NCBI GenBank assembly: GCA_964016885.1 | Contig: OZ024745.1 | Coordinates: 74,834,001 to 74,898,000, forward strand | DNA: 64,000 nucleotides | Origin: Eledone cirrhosa | Taxonomy: Eukaryota | Direction: 5' to 3' | Shown here: positions 1 through 12,689 of the stretch, piece by piece | How the letters are laid out: each line of letters begins with the position of its first letter | Numbering within the stretch: position 1 is the first letter of the stretch | Notes under the pieces: generated by a model | Databases searched by the model: none | What the model was told of the DNA's origin: nothing | The model's input: only the letters and a program-made list of their open reading frames with translations | Position numbers and translations under genes: made by a program

Positions 1-378
1 GAGTTCAATTCTCGGACCGGGTGATGTGTTGTTTCCTTGAGCAAGAGACTTTATTTCACATTGCTCCAGTTTACTCAGCTGTAGAAATGAAATGATAGGA
101 CTGGGGGTCTCTATCATTCCACTGCAAAGTGGTCATGGAGGTGCCACGGCAAAAAACCACCCAGCCCACACTGTAAAGTGGACGTGTAGGCACCACGGAA
201 AAAAGTACCCAGCTCTCACTGTAAATGAGGTTGGTGTTAGGAAGGGCATCCAGCTGTAGAAATCAAGCCAGAATCAGTTCCCGTATGAGCAAGACAAGGT
301 CAGCCGACTGGACACTGCCCACAACAAGACAACCCGTCTAACATGGAAGAACGGACGTAAAACGGTGATGATGATGAT
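1..378 (+). mobile_element. tRNA-derived SINE (5' end cut by window edge) with RTE-LINE-derived 3' tail and (GAT)n end
   Basis: B-box-like GAGTTCAATTC, core TGTGTTGTTTCCTTGAGCAAGAGACTTTATTTCACATTGCTCCAG, tail near-identical to the RTE 3' end at 42254-42530. Sister copy at 21269-21595. Confidence 0.8.
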
Positions 379-545
379 ATATATATATATATGTGAATTC
401 ATCATCATCATTTAATGTTCAATCAATTACCCTGCTATACGTATATATGTGTTGGACATGAAAAACAAGTGGAAATCGGTGAATCATCATCATTATTTTT
501 GTTTACCTTTTACATATATGCATCTATATTTTGAAATTATTACAG

Positions 546-736
546 ATAGAAAGAAAAAATGAATGTCCACTGGCTAAAAGTGAATTAGGAACTAACACAT
601 GGTCATTTCTTCACACAATGGCTGCCTATTATCCAAATAAGCCAACGCGACAGGAACAACAGGACATGCATTCATTTATAAATATTTTTGCAAAATTTTA
701 TCCATGCGAATATTGTGCTGAACATCTGAGAGAAGA
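546..736 (+). CDS. GFER: FAD-linked sulfhydryl oxidase ALR/Erv1, internal exon
   Basis: ttacag acceptor and GA|gtaagt donor. Encodes ECPLAKSELGTNTWSFLHTMAAYYP...FYPCEYCAEHL with the Erv1/ALR redox CxxC motif. Upstream exons lie outside the window. Confidence 0.95.
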
Positions 737-840
737 GTAAGTCATTATTAACTTTTTCTAATTAATTTTTTTTCTTTTTTGCCATCTTTATACAAGCCTT
801 GATGGAGCTTCCACGTGGCAGCTTAATCTGCTAGAAATAG

Positions 841-1121
841 TAAGCCCTATCAGTCACTAATGACCATGGTTTTGTACTTAGAAAGTTTCCCTCCATGGCA
901 CAAGCTGGGGCAAGGTTTGTTTGTGGAAGACCAGTAGTCACCCATGCACACCACCAATGTTGTCCAAGGGAAAGGCAATGGCCAATACAGCTGAGTGAAC
1001 TAGAGTAACATGAAACAAAGTATCTTGCTCAGAGACACATCACCCAGTCTGAGAATCGAACTCACAACCTCTCAATTACAAGCCCAACTACTAAGCTAAC
1101 TACTAAGTCATGCACCTTCAC
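841..1121 (-). mobile_element. tRNA-derived SINE with 15-bp target-site duplication
   Basis: Reverse-strand SINE head and core, flanked by direct repeat ATCTGCTAGAAATAG at 826-840 and 1122-1136. Confidence 0.7.
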
Positions 1122-3506
1122 ATCTGCTAGAAATAGCTGTAAAATATCCCTCAAACCATACTTTACTGTCTAAAAAAAGTGACATATTGATAATGTGGTC
1201 TTGGTTGGAATGCCTTTGATCATTGGTCTACTGGATCAGTACTGAGCTGAGGCTAAACAACATCTGTTATTCATGTTAATGTAGTGTGAATGGTTTAGTT
1301 AAATATAGACATTTGCATATTTCTCTGTGCCTTTAAATAAAGCCTTCTAGAAATAGTAATCAATCCTCCCTCATATCATACCCTATTATCTTAAAAGAAA
1401 GACACCTTGGACAAGGCAGTCTCGATGTGGTTGCTTGACTTATGGGAAATCACAGCTAAATCTCCTCCATATCATACAATGTCCTCATAAAAAATAATAT
1501 AGCCCTAAATACAGTCATCATCATCATCATTGTCATTTTGCATATGCTTTCTATGCTGGCAGTGGTTGGCAGGACATGGTTTAAGACTGGCTAAGTTGGA
1601 AAACTTTGTCTCGCTCGTATGTTCCATTTTTGACATGGTTTCTATGGTTGGACACCCTTCTTAATGCCAATGACTTTACAGCGTGTACTAGGTGTTTTTT
1701 GTTATGGCCCCAGCACTAGAGAATTTGTTATGTCCTGAACATGACTAAAGAAGTCTTCTCAATGATACACTGTCTTGGTTGAGTCGTTACCACTTTACAG
1801 AGTGTTTTGACTACATTTTATCATGGCACCAGCATAATTGGAAAATCAAGATAGGATGGTCACAGCTATAACACCAAGTATAGGATGGCCACAGCTATAA
1901 CACCAAGTGTTAGAGGAAGGTCACAGCTATAAGTTTGAATATAGGTCTGTTACATTAGGGCTGAGCAGTGACTAAAGCTCTAAGAAATGACCTTATTCCT
2001 TTATCAACCAATCAGATTAATGGATATTGTTATATAATGATAGATTCTCGTTAAACTGAGTTAATAATCTAATATTATCCATACTTTGAACTATTTCACT
2101 TACATTGATAATACTTATGGAGAAAGCATGAATGTCTTCTTTTCTATTATAATTCCATTCACATTTAGGATGTTTTATTGGAATATACTAGATTTTAGCA
2201 TACACTTTCTATACATTTCTTAGTTTCAAGCTGGCATTTGAGTGACTTGAGTCCACTCTGTTGCAAGCATCCTGGCCAGGTGTCCAGTTTGATTTTATCT
2301 GTTGATACAGATTTACTTGAGAAAAATGAGATTATCACAATTCTCTGGATGTGCAACATGAACTTATGGTACAGGCTAAGTATAAATAAAACGGTTAAGA
2401 TGGGAAAAATATTTTAGATTAAACTGTTATAAAGCAAAAGTGTTTTCAGTGGATGATTAATTTTATTATTGTCATAGTCCAATAATTGTAGGCAATTTTG
2501 GAAATGTTTTGTCTTATTGAGGCTTCTAGTTTAAATGCTTCCAGACTTACTAGTGTTAATAAATGAATCACTAAATTGTGTTTTTGTCAGTGTTGAACAG
2601 TAGTTTCCAAGCTTATTTTTTCATGGATTAATATGATTTTCCAAAAATCATTATAAGGTTTTCTAAAAATTGCTGAACCCATGCCTATCGACAATCCCCA
2701 CCACCCTAATTTTAATATGATATTATATAAAACAAAAATTGTTTTAAAAAGAGAATTAATTCATGTAAAAAAACCAAACATATAAGTTTTTATTTAATTT
2801 TTATTAAAATACATCTCCTCTTATGGAAACCCAGAAATTCTTTTCTGGAGCCACTGGTGTAGAGTTAGAGAACTACTGGCAATTTGTATGAGCAAATACT
2901 CTCAGCTATACAACTACCTACCACCACCTTCCCACTCTATTTTATGTCTGAGAAATGGGCAAAAATCCTAACCCCCATGTATAAGCCAAAGCAGGTAGTC
3001 AACATATTTAGATGGTGCAGTTTTGAAATTCTCATGAATCGAAAATATATTTATGAAGTTTTAATATTTCGATATTTAAAATGTTTTAAGTGTCGTTTGG
3101 AGCATAGTTTTTGTTTCACAACTCCATTACATAATGGTATTTTTTAGCAACAAGCCATATTCATTCAAAACATAAAAAAACAATAGGAAATACAAATTTC
3201 ATGTTGAAAGTGAAACTGGTGTAATATTCACTTCCAAGGTGAAACTGGTGTAATATTCATCTCCAAGGTGAAATATTCACCTTCAAAGTAAAAATATTTT
3301 AGCACCCCATTTTCATAGAATTTTGAATATAATCTGCTGCCCCCACCCCACCCCCAAATTTATCATGGATTTTTTTTTTTTTTTGTCACATATTTTTCAG
3401 CTTATATACGAGTATATACAGTATTTAATCGGATAGTATCCTGTACAAATTTCATTTGTGAGTTAATAAAACAACTGGATGTTAAAGCTTAGTATTTCTT
3501 TTTCAG

Positions 3507-3669
3507 TTTGAAAACTAATACACCAGACACAAGTTCTCGTCACAATTTATCGCAGTGGTTTTGTCATACACATAATCGAGTGAACCTCATGCTAGGTAAA
3601 CCACAGTTCGATTGTAATAAAGTTGATGAGCGATGGAAAGATGGATGGAAAGACGGCAGCTGTGATTAA
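3507..3669 (+). CDS. GFER: FAD-linked sulfhydryl oxidase ALR/Erv1, last coding exon
   Basis: tttcag acceptor in phase with the previous exon (GA+T=Asp). Encodes [53 protein letters not shown], the typical ALR C-terminus. Confidence 0.95.
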
Positions 3670-3881
3670 AAACACAAGACAAGTTATACACGAATTGACT
3701 AAATTTGTTTTCAAGGCAACTGACAAACCTCATTCAATTTTTAAACTGCCATTTTTGTTATTTTAAATTTATTTGCTATGTAAGTTTTATAAATCAGGCT
3801 AAATACAAAAATGTGTGTATATGTGTGTGAATGTTTGTGAGGATGGGGAGAGAAAGACAGAAAAAGTATTCTTTCTATTAT

Positions 3882-3887
3882 AATAAA
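3882..3887 (+). terminator. candidate polyadenylation signal of GFER
   Basis: AATAAA about 210 nt after the GFER stop codon; AT-rich context weakens the call. Confidence 0.4.
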
Positions 3888-4202
3888 ATTATTTGTTAAC
3901 ATTCCAATATTGTTCATCTTTGTGTTTCTATGTTAATTCATCATCATCATTGACATCGTCATCATCATTGACATCATCATCATCACCAGCATTATCGTCA
4001 ATATCAGCATCCACCATCATCAAAATGTCTGCTTCTCCTAGTGATCTGGAGAACTATATTGATCTTATAGTGAACCAGGCATGTTTGTGTGGAAAATGTC
4101 ATTTTCTATCACTTCAGGTTAATCAATAACTTGTAGGAGGAATTTAGTAGGTGGAAACTGCATCATCATCATTTATGTTTTTTAAAGTCTATTTTAAATG
4201 TT

Positions 4203-4490
4203 TGCCTAGTGGTAAGGGAGTTGGACTTACAATCATAATGTCATGGGTTCAATTCCTGGACTGGGTGGTGTGTTATGTGGAGGTATGTGGCCTAGTGGTA
4301 AGGGTGTTGGACTTACAATCATAATGTCATGGGTTCAATTCCTTGGCTGGGTTGTGTGTTGTGTTTTTTTAGCAAAATACTTCATTTCACAATGCTCCAG
4401 TATACTCAGCTGAAAATGTGTACCAGCAATAGCTGGGGGTTTAACCCTGCGATGGACTGGTGTCCTGTCCAGAGGGATGTTTTGTACTTC
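4203..4490 (+). mobile_element. tRNA-derived SINE with tandemly duplicated head
   Basis: GCCTAGTGGTAAGGG.GTTGGACTTACAATCATAATGTCATGGGTTCAATTCC occurs twice (~4204 and ~4290), followed by the SINE core. Confidence 0.7.
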
Positions 4491-4865
4491 TCAAGAATTT
4501 TGTAGGATTTTGTAAATATTACCAACCTTTTCACTACTAAGTTGATGTTTTGAACATATCTTAACAAAGCTTCTTACATGCAGAAAAATTGTGTATCACC
4601 ATGTAGGCATCTTCTCCAAATTTAATCATTTTCATATACAAAGTCCTACCAAAAAATAGATATTGCAGAAGCTGGTCTTTTTGCATAAAACATTAAACAG
4701 CCAGCTTTCATTCTCTTAGTTGTCTCAACAGCACACAATGGTTAAGTAAGATAACTACTTTCTTTGGCCTCCACAGCTAGAGAGACAGAACATCAACCAA
4801 CCTCTCTAATTCTTTGCTTATATCTTTAACCTATTTCTTTTTCTTTCACTCTATCTCTATGTATA

Positions 4866-5715
4866 CGAGGTGTGTCAGAAAAGTTCCAGGACTGATGTCA
4901 CAAAAGATTTATTTCAAACCCAAACTTCACACTGAGAGTTTTCTCCTTCAAAGTAATCCCCCTGGAGTATGTAACTGTAATCTTAGCTCTCTGCAGTCAT
5001 CAAACTTTTTTCTTCATAATTTTTTATACATGTCCTCTGTTTCAGGTCGTCAAGCAATGAACACAGAGCAACGAACAAACTTGAAAACTCTGTCAGAAGC
5101 ACTGGGATTGCTGCAGCAAGTGTATGGAGATGAGACGATGTCATGCTCACGTGTTTTTGAGTGGTGCAAGAGGTTTAAAGAAGGATGCGAGGATGTAGAA
5201 GATGACCCCAGGAGCGGAAGGCCCTCAAGAACTAGGACTGAGGTCAACGTTGAGCGTGTCAGGAAGATGGTGCATAGCGATCATCGGCTGACTGTTTGAC
5301 TGATGGCAAATGAGCTGGGCATGAATCAGGACAGCGTCTGGAAGATTCTCACTGAAGATTTGGACATGCAGAAAGTCTGCGCGAAGATGGTGCCAAAACT
5401 GCTGAATGATGACCAGAAGGGTTGACGCATGCAAGTTTGCCAGGACATCCTCGAGTGTCTTAAAACCGAACCAGACTTACTAGGGACAGTCATCACCAGT
5501 GATGAGTCATGGATCTTCGAGTACGACATCAAAAAAGCCGTGACGACGGAACTGCGGAGGATCCCAGAAGAATCCTTCCAGGAGTGCATGTAAGCGTGGC
5601 AGAAAAGGATGGAAAAGTGCATTAGACTCCAGGGGGATTACTTTGAAGGAGAAAACTCTTTGTGTGAAGTTTGGGTTTGAAATAAATCTTTTGTGACATC
5701 AGTCCTGGAACTTTT
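4866..5715 (+). mobile_element. internally deleted mariner (Tc1/mariner) transposon with transposase pseudogene
   Basis: TA then CGAGGTGTGTCAGAAAAGTTCC. ~90-bp inverted repeats at 4879-4968 and 5626-5715. HTH region VFEWCKRFKEG..DDPRSGRP, KVCAKMVPKLL, TSDESWIFEYD and C-terminal GDYFEG. In-frame stops; most of the catalytic domain is deleted. Confidence 0.92.
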
Positions 5716-6501
5716 AATTGTTCAATCAACTTACATCATCTAATAACATTTCGGTAATTCATATTTTTTTCCAAAGACTCAAAATTATTCCTTCTCTTAC
5801 TAACATGTCAAGAATATTCATTGTAACTATGTAATTTCACAATTTCATGGACTTTGGAATGGTACTTCCAATTAACGACAAATTAAAGCATTTTTTTTTT
5901 TTACCAAGCAAAATGTGTTTGATCCTTCTTTATTGTCATATACCATATGTCGTGTTGTCTTGCTTTCATTAATATAAATTCACCAGAGGTTGGACAGTGT
6001 TTTGCCAAGAGTTCTTCCATATGTAGCAGAAATTTGATACTCTCCTCAGTAGAGTTTCTTTCATCTTTGGTGGCCTCATAAATAAGTTTCCATTGTGAAT
6101 GGGCTTTTGAGTCACCAATATGTCTGAGATTTTGACATATTAAACAGCCATCTGCTTATTCTAAAGTCCCAGAGACAAAGGAAGGAATACTCATAAATAG
6201 CCTGCTCACAGAGTCAATTCCAGCAGTTTCAGAGTTCATATTGACTAGCCAAAATGTAGTGGTCAACTGTCTCACACACCGACCCCTTTGGGTCTCTCTC
6301 TTTTTCTCTTGGTCTCTCTCAGCCAGGCTAGCGAAATTTATCCCATCACTAGAAGTTTGGTTAATACATTTTTAATGATACTATTGCAAGCAAACAGGCA
6401 TACACATCACATCTGATACATAACATCACACAATTCAACTGTGGTTATTTGTTCTTTGTGTATTGTCGTATAACTTTGACGACAGATTAAATAAATCTAT
6501 A

Positions 6502-7672
6502 TCATCATTATCTATAAAAGGCAGATTGTTTTTGTTGTGTGTGCATGTTCCATGTTTATACATTTGCACAATTTCAAACCAATTTGACTCAAAGTCTGTA
6601 AGAATGTTGTAAATGATCTTAGGTCAACGACTATTTATTTCATTCACACTCACCCACAATTATGGAAATAATCGATAAAACTAAATACATGATGCTTTAC
6701 CCCTCTAATAGAATCTGATTACCTCTCTCTACTCCCCTTAAAATTCGATAAAACTACATACATGCTTACAAACTTCCTTTAGGAACGCCGAAGAGAATGA
6801 GAGGGAGAGAGAGAGAGAACATTTGTTTTTGAGTGTGGAACGGTCAAACATTTATTTACTTCAATGACAAAGAGAACTTATTACATTTCATACGAAACAA
6901 CAATTATTCAAAAGCAACAGATAAATTTATTCAACAACAAAAAAAATAGCGATAAATCTTTTTTAAAACCTCTCAACGAACGTGGAAGAAGAAGTATCAG
7001 TTTATTTACTATACACAATAATGTACTCTATGAGGTCACTAAACCTGCTAGAAACAGCAGCTAACTCTCCCCCATATCACCACCTCCCTACTGTCTTAAA
7101 TTTAGAAAACATATCCTCTATGAGGTCACTAAACCTGCTAGAAACAGCAGCTAACTCTCCCCCATATCACACCACTCCCTACTGTCTTAAATTTAGAAAA
7201 CATATCCTCTATGAGGTCACTAAACCTGCTAGAAACAGTAGCTAACTCTCCCCCATATCACACCACTCCCTACTGTCTTAAATTTAGAAAACACATCCTC
7301 TATGAGGTCACTAAACCTGCTAGAAACAGCAGCTAACTCTCCTCCATATAACACCCCTCTCTACTGTCTTAAATTTAGAAAACACACATTAGACAACCAT
7401 GCAGAACAACTCCATCGCAGCTCTGTTGTTCATCTACGCGTGTGTTGCGCAAGTACTGTGAAACAATAAATTTCAACACTTCTTTGCACAGAGATAATAT
7501 CCATAGGCGAAACTACAATTGTCACTGCTGGCACAGCTCCTGCTTCGGCAGTCTAGGTCTGCAATTCATTCACCCAGTGCCTGGCAGACAAAAAAGTGCT
7601 GCCATAAAATGGGTGGTGCAACCTAACTTTGGTAACTTACTGACCCCGAGCAACGTCGGGCTTTAATGCTAG
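6502..7672 (+). mobile_element. non-autonomous Helitron nested in the 5' end of the larger Helitron
   Basis: Starts TC at 6502, ends with hairpin CCCGAGCAACGTCGGG and CTAG (7669-7672), with A|T flanks. Confidence 0.75.
7026..7387 (+). repeat. tandem repeat, 4 copies of ~91 bp
   Basis: Unit CTCTATGAGGTCACTAAACCTGCTAGAAACAGCAGCTAACTCTCC... starts at 7026, 7116, 7207 and 7298. Confidence 0.95.
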
Positions 7673-9582
7673 TATATATATAAAACAGAAGATGTCTGTC
7701 TGTCTGTGTAACCGCATGCATTTCAACATTTTACAACCGATTTGAACCAAATTTCATACATAGGTTTCTGAAGTCCTATTACATGTCGTAGGCTATTTTA
7801 TTTCTCTGTACATCGATTGTGGGGGGCCCCCAGGGGCAGATAACCCCCTTAAGCCTCTTGCTTGGAGTCAGCATTATTACTGCATAAAGGCCCCATAATT
7901 CCTGCAGTTTGCCTCCCATCTTCACCAAAATTAATCTTTTGTTTGCTTATTTGCAGGCATGCACTTGGGCAGAAATTCAGGTAGGAGACACCTTCGACTT
8001 ATCTATTGAAGTTCACATTAACACTGTATTAGTACCTGATAACTTTTGAAGTTTATGTTCGATTTTAACTTTACCGGACTGCCTAAAGATGATGTTGAAG
8101 AGACTGTCTATACCCGGAACAAGCAAGGGGACCCCGGCGATCCATTTATTGAATTTGGCTATTGTAATGCAGTAAAGCATCATAGCTTCGATAATTGGTA
8201 GTCCAATAAAATGAATTTCGACTTAGTTGTTATTCATGTACTACAGATGAAGATACAGTGAGGCACATTTACTTTCATTTCAATTCAGCAAGAGGACCCC
8301 CTCGGGGACAATAAACCCAATTCATTAACCTATAAAAGTTCAAACTGCCACAATAAAAAAGCACCATAACCTCAGGAGTTTATACTTGATTCTTACAAAA
8401 ACTAAACGAAATGGTTATTGCCTGCCATAAGATAAAGCATCACACATTCGTTATCACTTGAATTTTGCAAGGGAACCCCCTAGGGAGAGCAGTGAGCCCC
8501 TTTGGACCACTTTTAAAGTTAATATTATGGTTGCAGCAAAGTATTTCAACTTCTGGAAATAAAAGTCAATTTAAACGAAAGTTGATGCATCGGTTACTCA
8601 TGTCCTACAAATGGAGTAGCGAATTTTTAAATCCTCCTGACTTAACTTTAGTTTGTTTAGTTAACTTTAGGATGATTGAATTTAATTTTGCACCTGGTTG
8701 TCTCCCCCGTGTAATTGCACTACAATTAAGTGCGGAATGAAGAGTTAAATTTTTTTCCTTGAACTTTGGCGTCATTTCACACTCCTAACCAAGAAAGCAC
8801 AATTTAACCCAGGTGTAAATTTTAACGCCTACTGTATGTGGATTGTGCTATTTCACACTCATGCCTAAACTGTGCGAATGATTGATTAGTTTTTGCACCC
8901 GGTTGTCTCCCCCGTTTAATTGCACATCAATTAAGTGTGAAATGGAGACCTCTGGCCAACCACACATCAGTGAGTTGTGTTCAGTAGATTCCACACACTT
9001 TTTTGTATTATCTAACCAATCAGACAACTCGAGTGTTGTTCATTGAACGAAATCACGCCTATTTATATCGGTTAAGTTCGACCTAACATCACACTTCTTT
9101 TTTGGCTTTTGACAAGTGGTAGGTTTTTTTACATGCGTACTCTCATAAGCTACTCCATGTTTCTGACACACATGCTTCTTCAACATTTGTCACCTTAAAG
9201 GAGGTTTAGTTAATGTGTTTATGGTCATAAGGTTCCAGTTTATCATGCTGTGATTTTTCAGCCATTTTTGCCTGTATCCTTTCAATGGTTAGTACTTACT
9301 TATTGCTATGTTCAAACTGAACAAACATACTGACACTTATATACCTACCACTGTAGCCACACTATTTAATTTCCTTTATCAGAGGTAGTCCGTACGCTGC
9401 GTTGCCCCTAACTTAAAACCTGAAATTTGACTGGTACACAAAATCTTGCAAAACATACCCACTCACTCAGACCACATAGATTTATCACATTTTTTCACAA
9501 TTTATATCTGTGTTTATATTTGCTTACTTAAACGTTATTTGTCCACTATTTATCATTCTCCCTGATTAATTTTCTAAAAACA

Positions 9583-12500
9583 GTGCCCCCCCCAAAAAAA
9601 AGAACTTTCATTGGTTGATTATCTAATGATGCAAGTAGGTCTAAGCGAAGGCATCTCACCAAAGATGTAAATGCGACTGCGATCAGGCTATCATAGAATG
9701 CTGTGCAGACAGCAGTTGCAAGAGCGGAGGAGGATGACAGTCGGGGTGAACTTCGACGGAACAAAGATGCTGCCGTGACTGCTGCTGCTCGCACTCGAGA
9801 GGATGAAGGACGACGCGCCGTTCGACGAAGCAGGGACGCCGCTGCCACCAACATGTAATGAGATTGCTGCATTTATTTGTGGGGAACAGTACAACAAGAG
9901 AGATATCATTCTAAAGCACCGAGACAGCGTATCAATGAGACACACAGGTCCTACGATGCACTCCAGTATCCATTGCTATTTGTCAACGGCGAGGATGGAT
10001 ACCATTTTGGCATTCCTCAACATTCAGCAGGCAATGGTGAGGCACATCTTAGCAAAACTGTCACCTGCATGGATTTCTACGCTTTCCGATTTATGGTAAG
10101 GGACAATTCCTTCAACCATCTACACCGTTCTCGGGACCTTTTCCAACAAATTGCTGTTGATATGGCCGTTAAAATGGAATCCGAGAGATTATGGTTCATT
10201 AAATTAAATCAAAAGAAACTTCGATTTGAATGCAACATTCATCTACGCGATGGAATTCACAACGACATATCCCCAGACAATTTAGGGCAAGTGTGTATTT
10301 TGCCTTCAATGTTGACAGGGGCACCCTGATACATGCACGAGAGGACTCAGGACGCCATGACTTATGTACGACATTATGAGCGACCTTTTCATAACGTTTA
10401 CATGCAATCCCAAGTGGAAGGAGATTACAAAAGAACTATTCCACGGTCAAGCACCAAGACACAGGCATGATCTCATAGCAAGAGTGTTTCGCCTGAAATT
10501 ATCCAAATTAATGGATTTATTAAAGAAAGGACAGGTTTTTGGGCCTGCCAGGTGTGACATGTACACGGTTGAATGGCAGAAACAAGGGCTTGATTTGGTT
10601 GGTTACAAAAATCAGTTCAAACTACATCGACAAATTCATTTCTGCCAAACTACCTGATCCATCGATTGACAAGGACCTCTTCTCTATAGTCACATGAAAC
10701 ATGGTCCATGGTCCTTGCGGACATGGACTCAATATGAAGTCCCCGTGTATACACGACAGAAAGTGTACAAAACGATATCCCAGGCCGTTTTTACAGGAAA
10801 CACAGACTGGCGGTGATGGATATCCGTTGTATAGGCACAGGAGACCTGAAGACGGTGGGTTCACAGCAAAAGTTGGTGAACGCGAAATCGACAACAGCGG
10901 GATAGTCCCATATTGCTCCCTCCTCTTGACAGCGTTCAACGCCCATATAAACATCGAATTTTGCAACTCAGTAAAATCAATTAAATACGTTTGTAAGTAT
11001 GTAAACAAGGGATCGGATGCTGCCGTTTTTGGTCTTCATCATGAAAACAGAAGAGATGAGGTATCTGACTACGAAGCAGGCTGATACATTAGTAGCAATG
11101 AAGCCTTTTGGTGCATTTTGGCTTCCCACTGCACCAACGACACCCCGTCATTAAACAACTTGCCATTCACCTTGAAAACAGTCAACAGATGTATTTCAAC
11201 AGAGTGGCTTCAATGGGCGGAGATGTCTTGGAGAAATATGGGCTTCCACAAACACTTCGAGATGCACCATCTGACATTCCCAACGACATTACACGTGAAA
11301 CGTCATATGATGTCGAGGAACTCAAAAGGAATATTGTAGAAAATGAACCAAAACTTCTAATGGATCAAAAGCAAGCCTACAATATTGTCGTTGATTCCAT
11401 CCGTAATCAGGAAGGGGGTATATTCTTCCTGGACGCACGGGCAGAACATTTGTAATCAAACTTTTACTCGCTGCAGTGAGGCAACATGGAAACATTGCAT
11501 TGGCCGTGGCTTCTTCCGGCATTGCAGCAACTTTGCTGCCTGGTGGAAGGACGGCCTATTCTGCCTTCAGTTTTCCTCTCAACGTGGCATCATCTGAGAT
11601 ACCCATGTGCAACATCAGCAAGTCTTCCGGAAAAGCACTGGTGTTAAAGCGCTGCCTATTAATTGTTTGGAACGAATGCACAATGGCCAACAAGGCGGCT
11701 TTCGAGGCATTAGACCAATCACTCACAGACATCAGGGACTGTCAAGAACCAATGGGAGGTGTCACTTTCCTGTTATCTGGGGACTTCCGACAGACTCTGC
11801 CTGTAATCCCAAAAGGTATGTGGGCTGATGAGGTTGGTACATGCCTTAAGGCTTCCCCACTTTGGCGTTATGTAAGAAAGCTGACGCTTACAACAAATAT
11901 GAGAGCACAACTGCAAGGTGATGAGACATCAGCGGGTTTTGCTGCTGCCATTTTGTCGTTGGGAGATGGTAAAGTCCCACTCAATGGAGATGGTGCAGCG
12001 GACCTCACAGGGATTTTGCAGATGCGTTAAGTTACAGACGTCTGTTTTTCCTAATCTTGAGGAGAACTACATAAATCAAGAGTGGTTGTGTGAATGCGCA
12101 ATATTGGCTTCGAAAAACCACATAGTTGGAAACATTATGTTGTGCTTGCCTGACAACCTGCACGTTTACAAGTCCCTTGATTCTATGGCTGATCCAGACA
12201 AAGTTGTTAATTACCCCACAGAATTTCTTAACTCCCTAGACCCTCCCGGATTGCCATCACACTTACTGCGACTTAAGAAAGGTGCCCCTGTCATGCTCCT
12301 CAGGAATTTGGAACCCCGAAGGCTTTCCAACGGCACGCGTCTGGTCGTCCAAAAGGCGATGCCTCATGTTATTGAGGCAACAATACTTACAGGATGGAGT
12401 AAGGTGGACACTGTCTTCATACCAAGGATACCTCTCATTCCATCCGGGAAAGACATGCAGAAGGCTTGCACATTCAGAAGGCTGCAATTCCCTCTCCGGC

Positions 12501-12689
12501 TCAGTTTCGCCATGTCGATTAACAAATCACAGGGTCAGACGCTGACAGTCGTAGGGCTTAATTTAGAAGAACCGTGCTTCTCCCATAATCAACTATATGT
12601 TGGCTGCTCTCGAGTGGGGAGCCGACATAACCTATTTGCTTTTGTAACTCGCTAGAAAACCCAAAATATAGTCTAAAGGAAGTTTTGTA
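9583..12689 (+). pseudogene. Helitron RepHel (HUH Rep + PIF1 helicase) pseudogene
   Basis: Fragments across frames: SYDALQYPLLF, DLFITFTCNPKW, YTVEWQKQGL, MVHGPCG, KYVCKYVNKG, VASSGIAATLLPGGRTA, SGDFRQTLPV, QFPLRLSFAMSINKSQGQT, QLYVGCSRV. Many stops, frameshifts and deletions, including loss of HUH and Walker A residues. Confidence 0.93.

Noticed and set aside
9583-12689. Host PIF1 helicase gene or active Helitron
   Set aside because: Fused to Rep motifs within Helitron termini and disrupted by multiple stops, frameshifts and loss of catalytic motifs.
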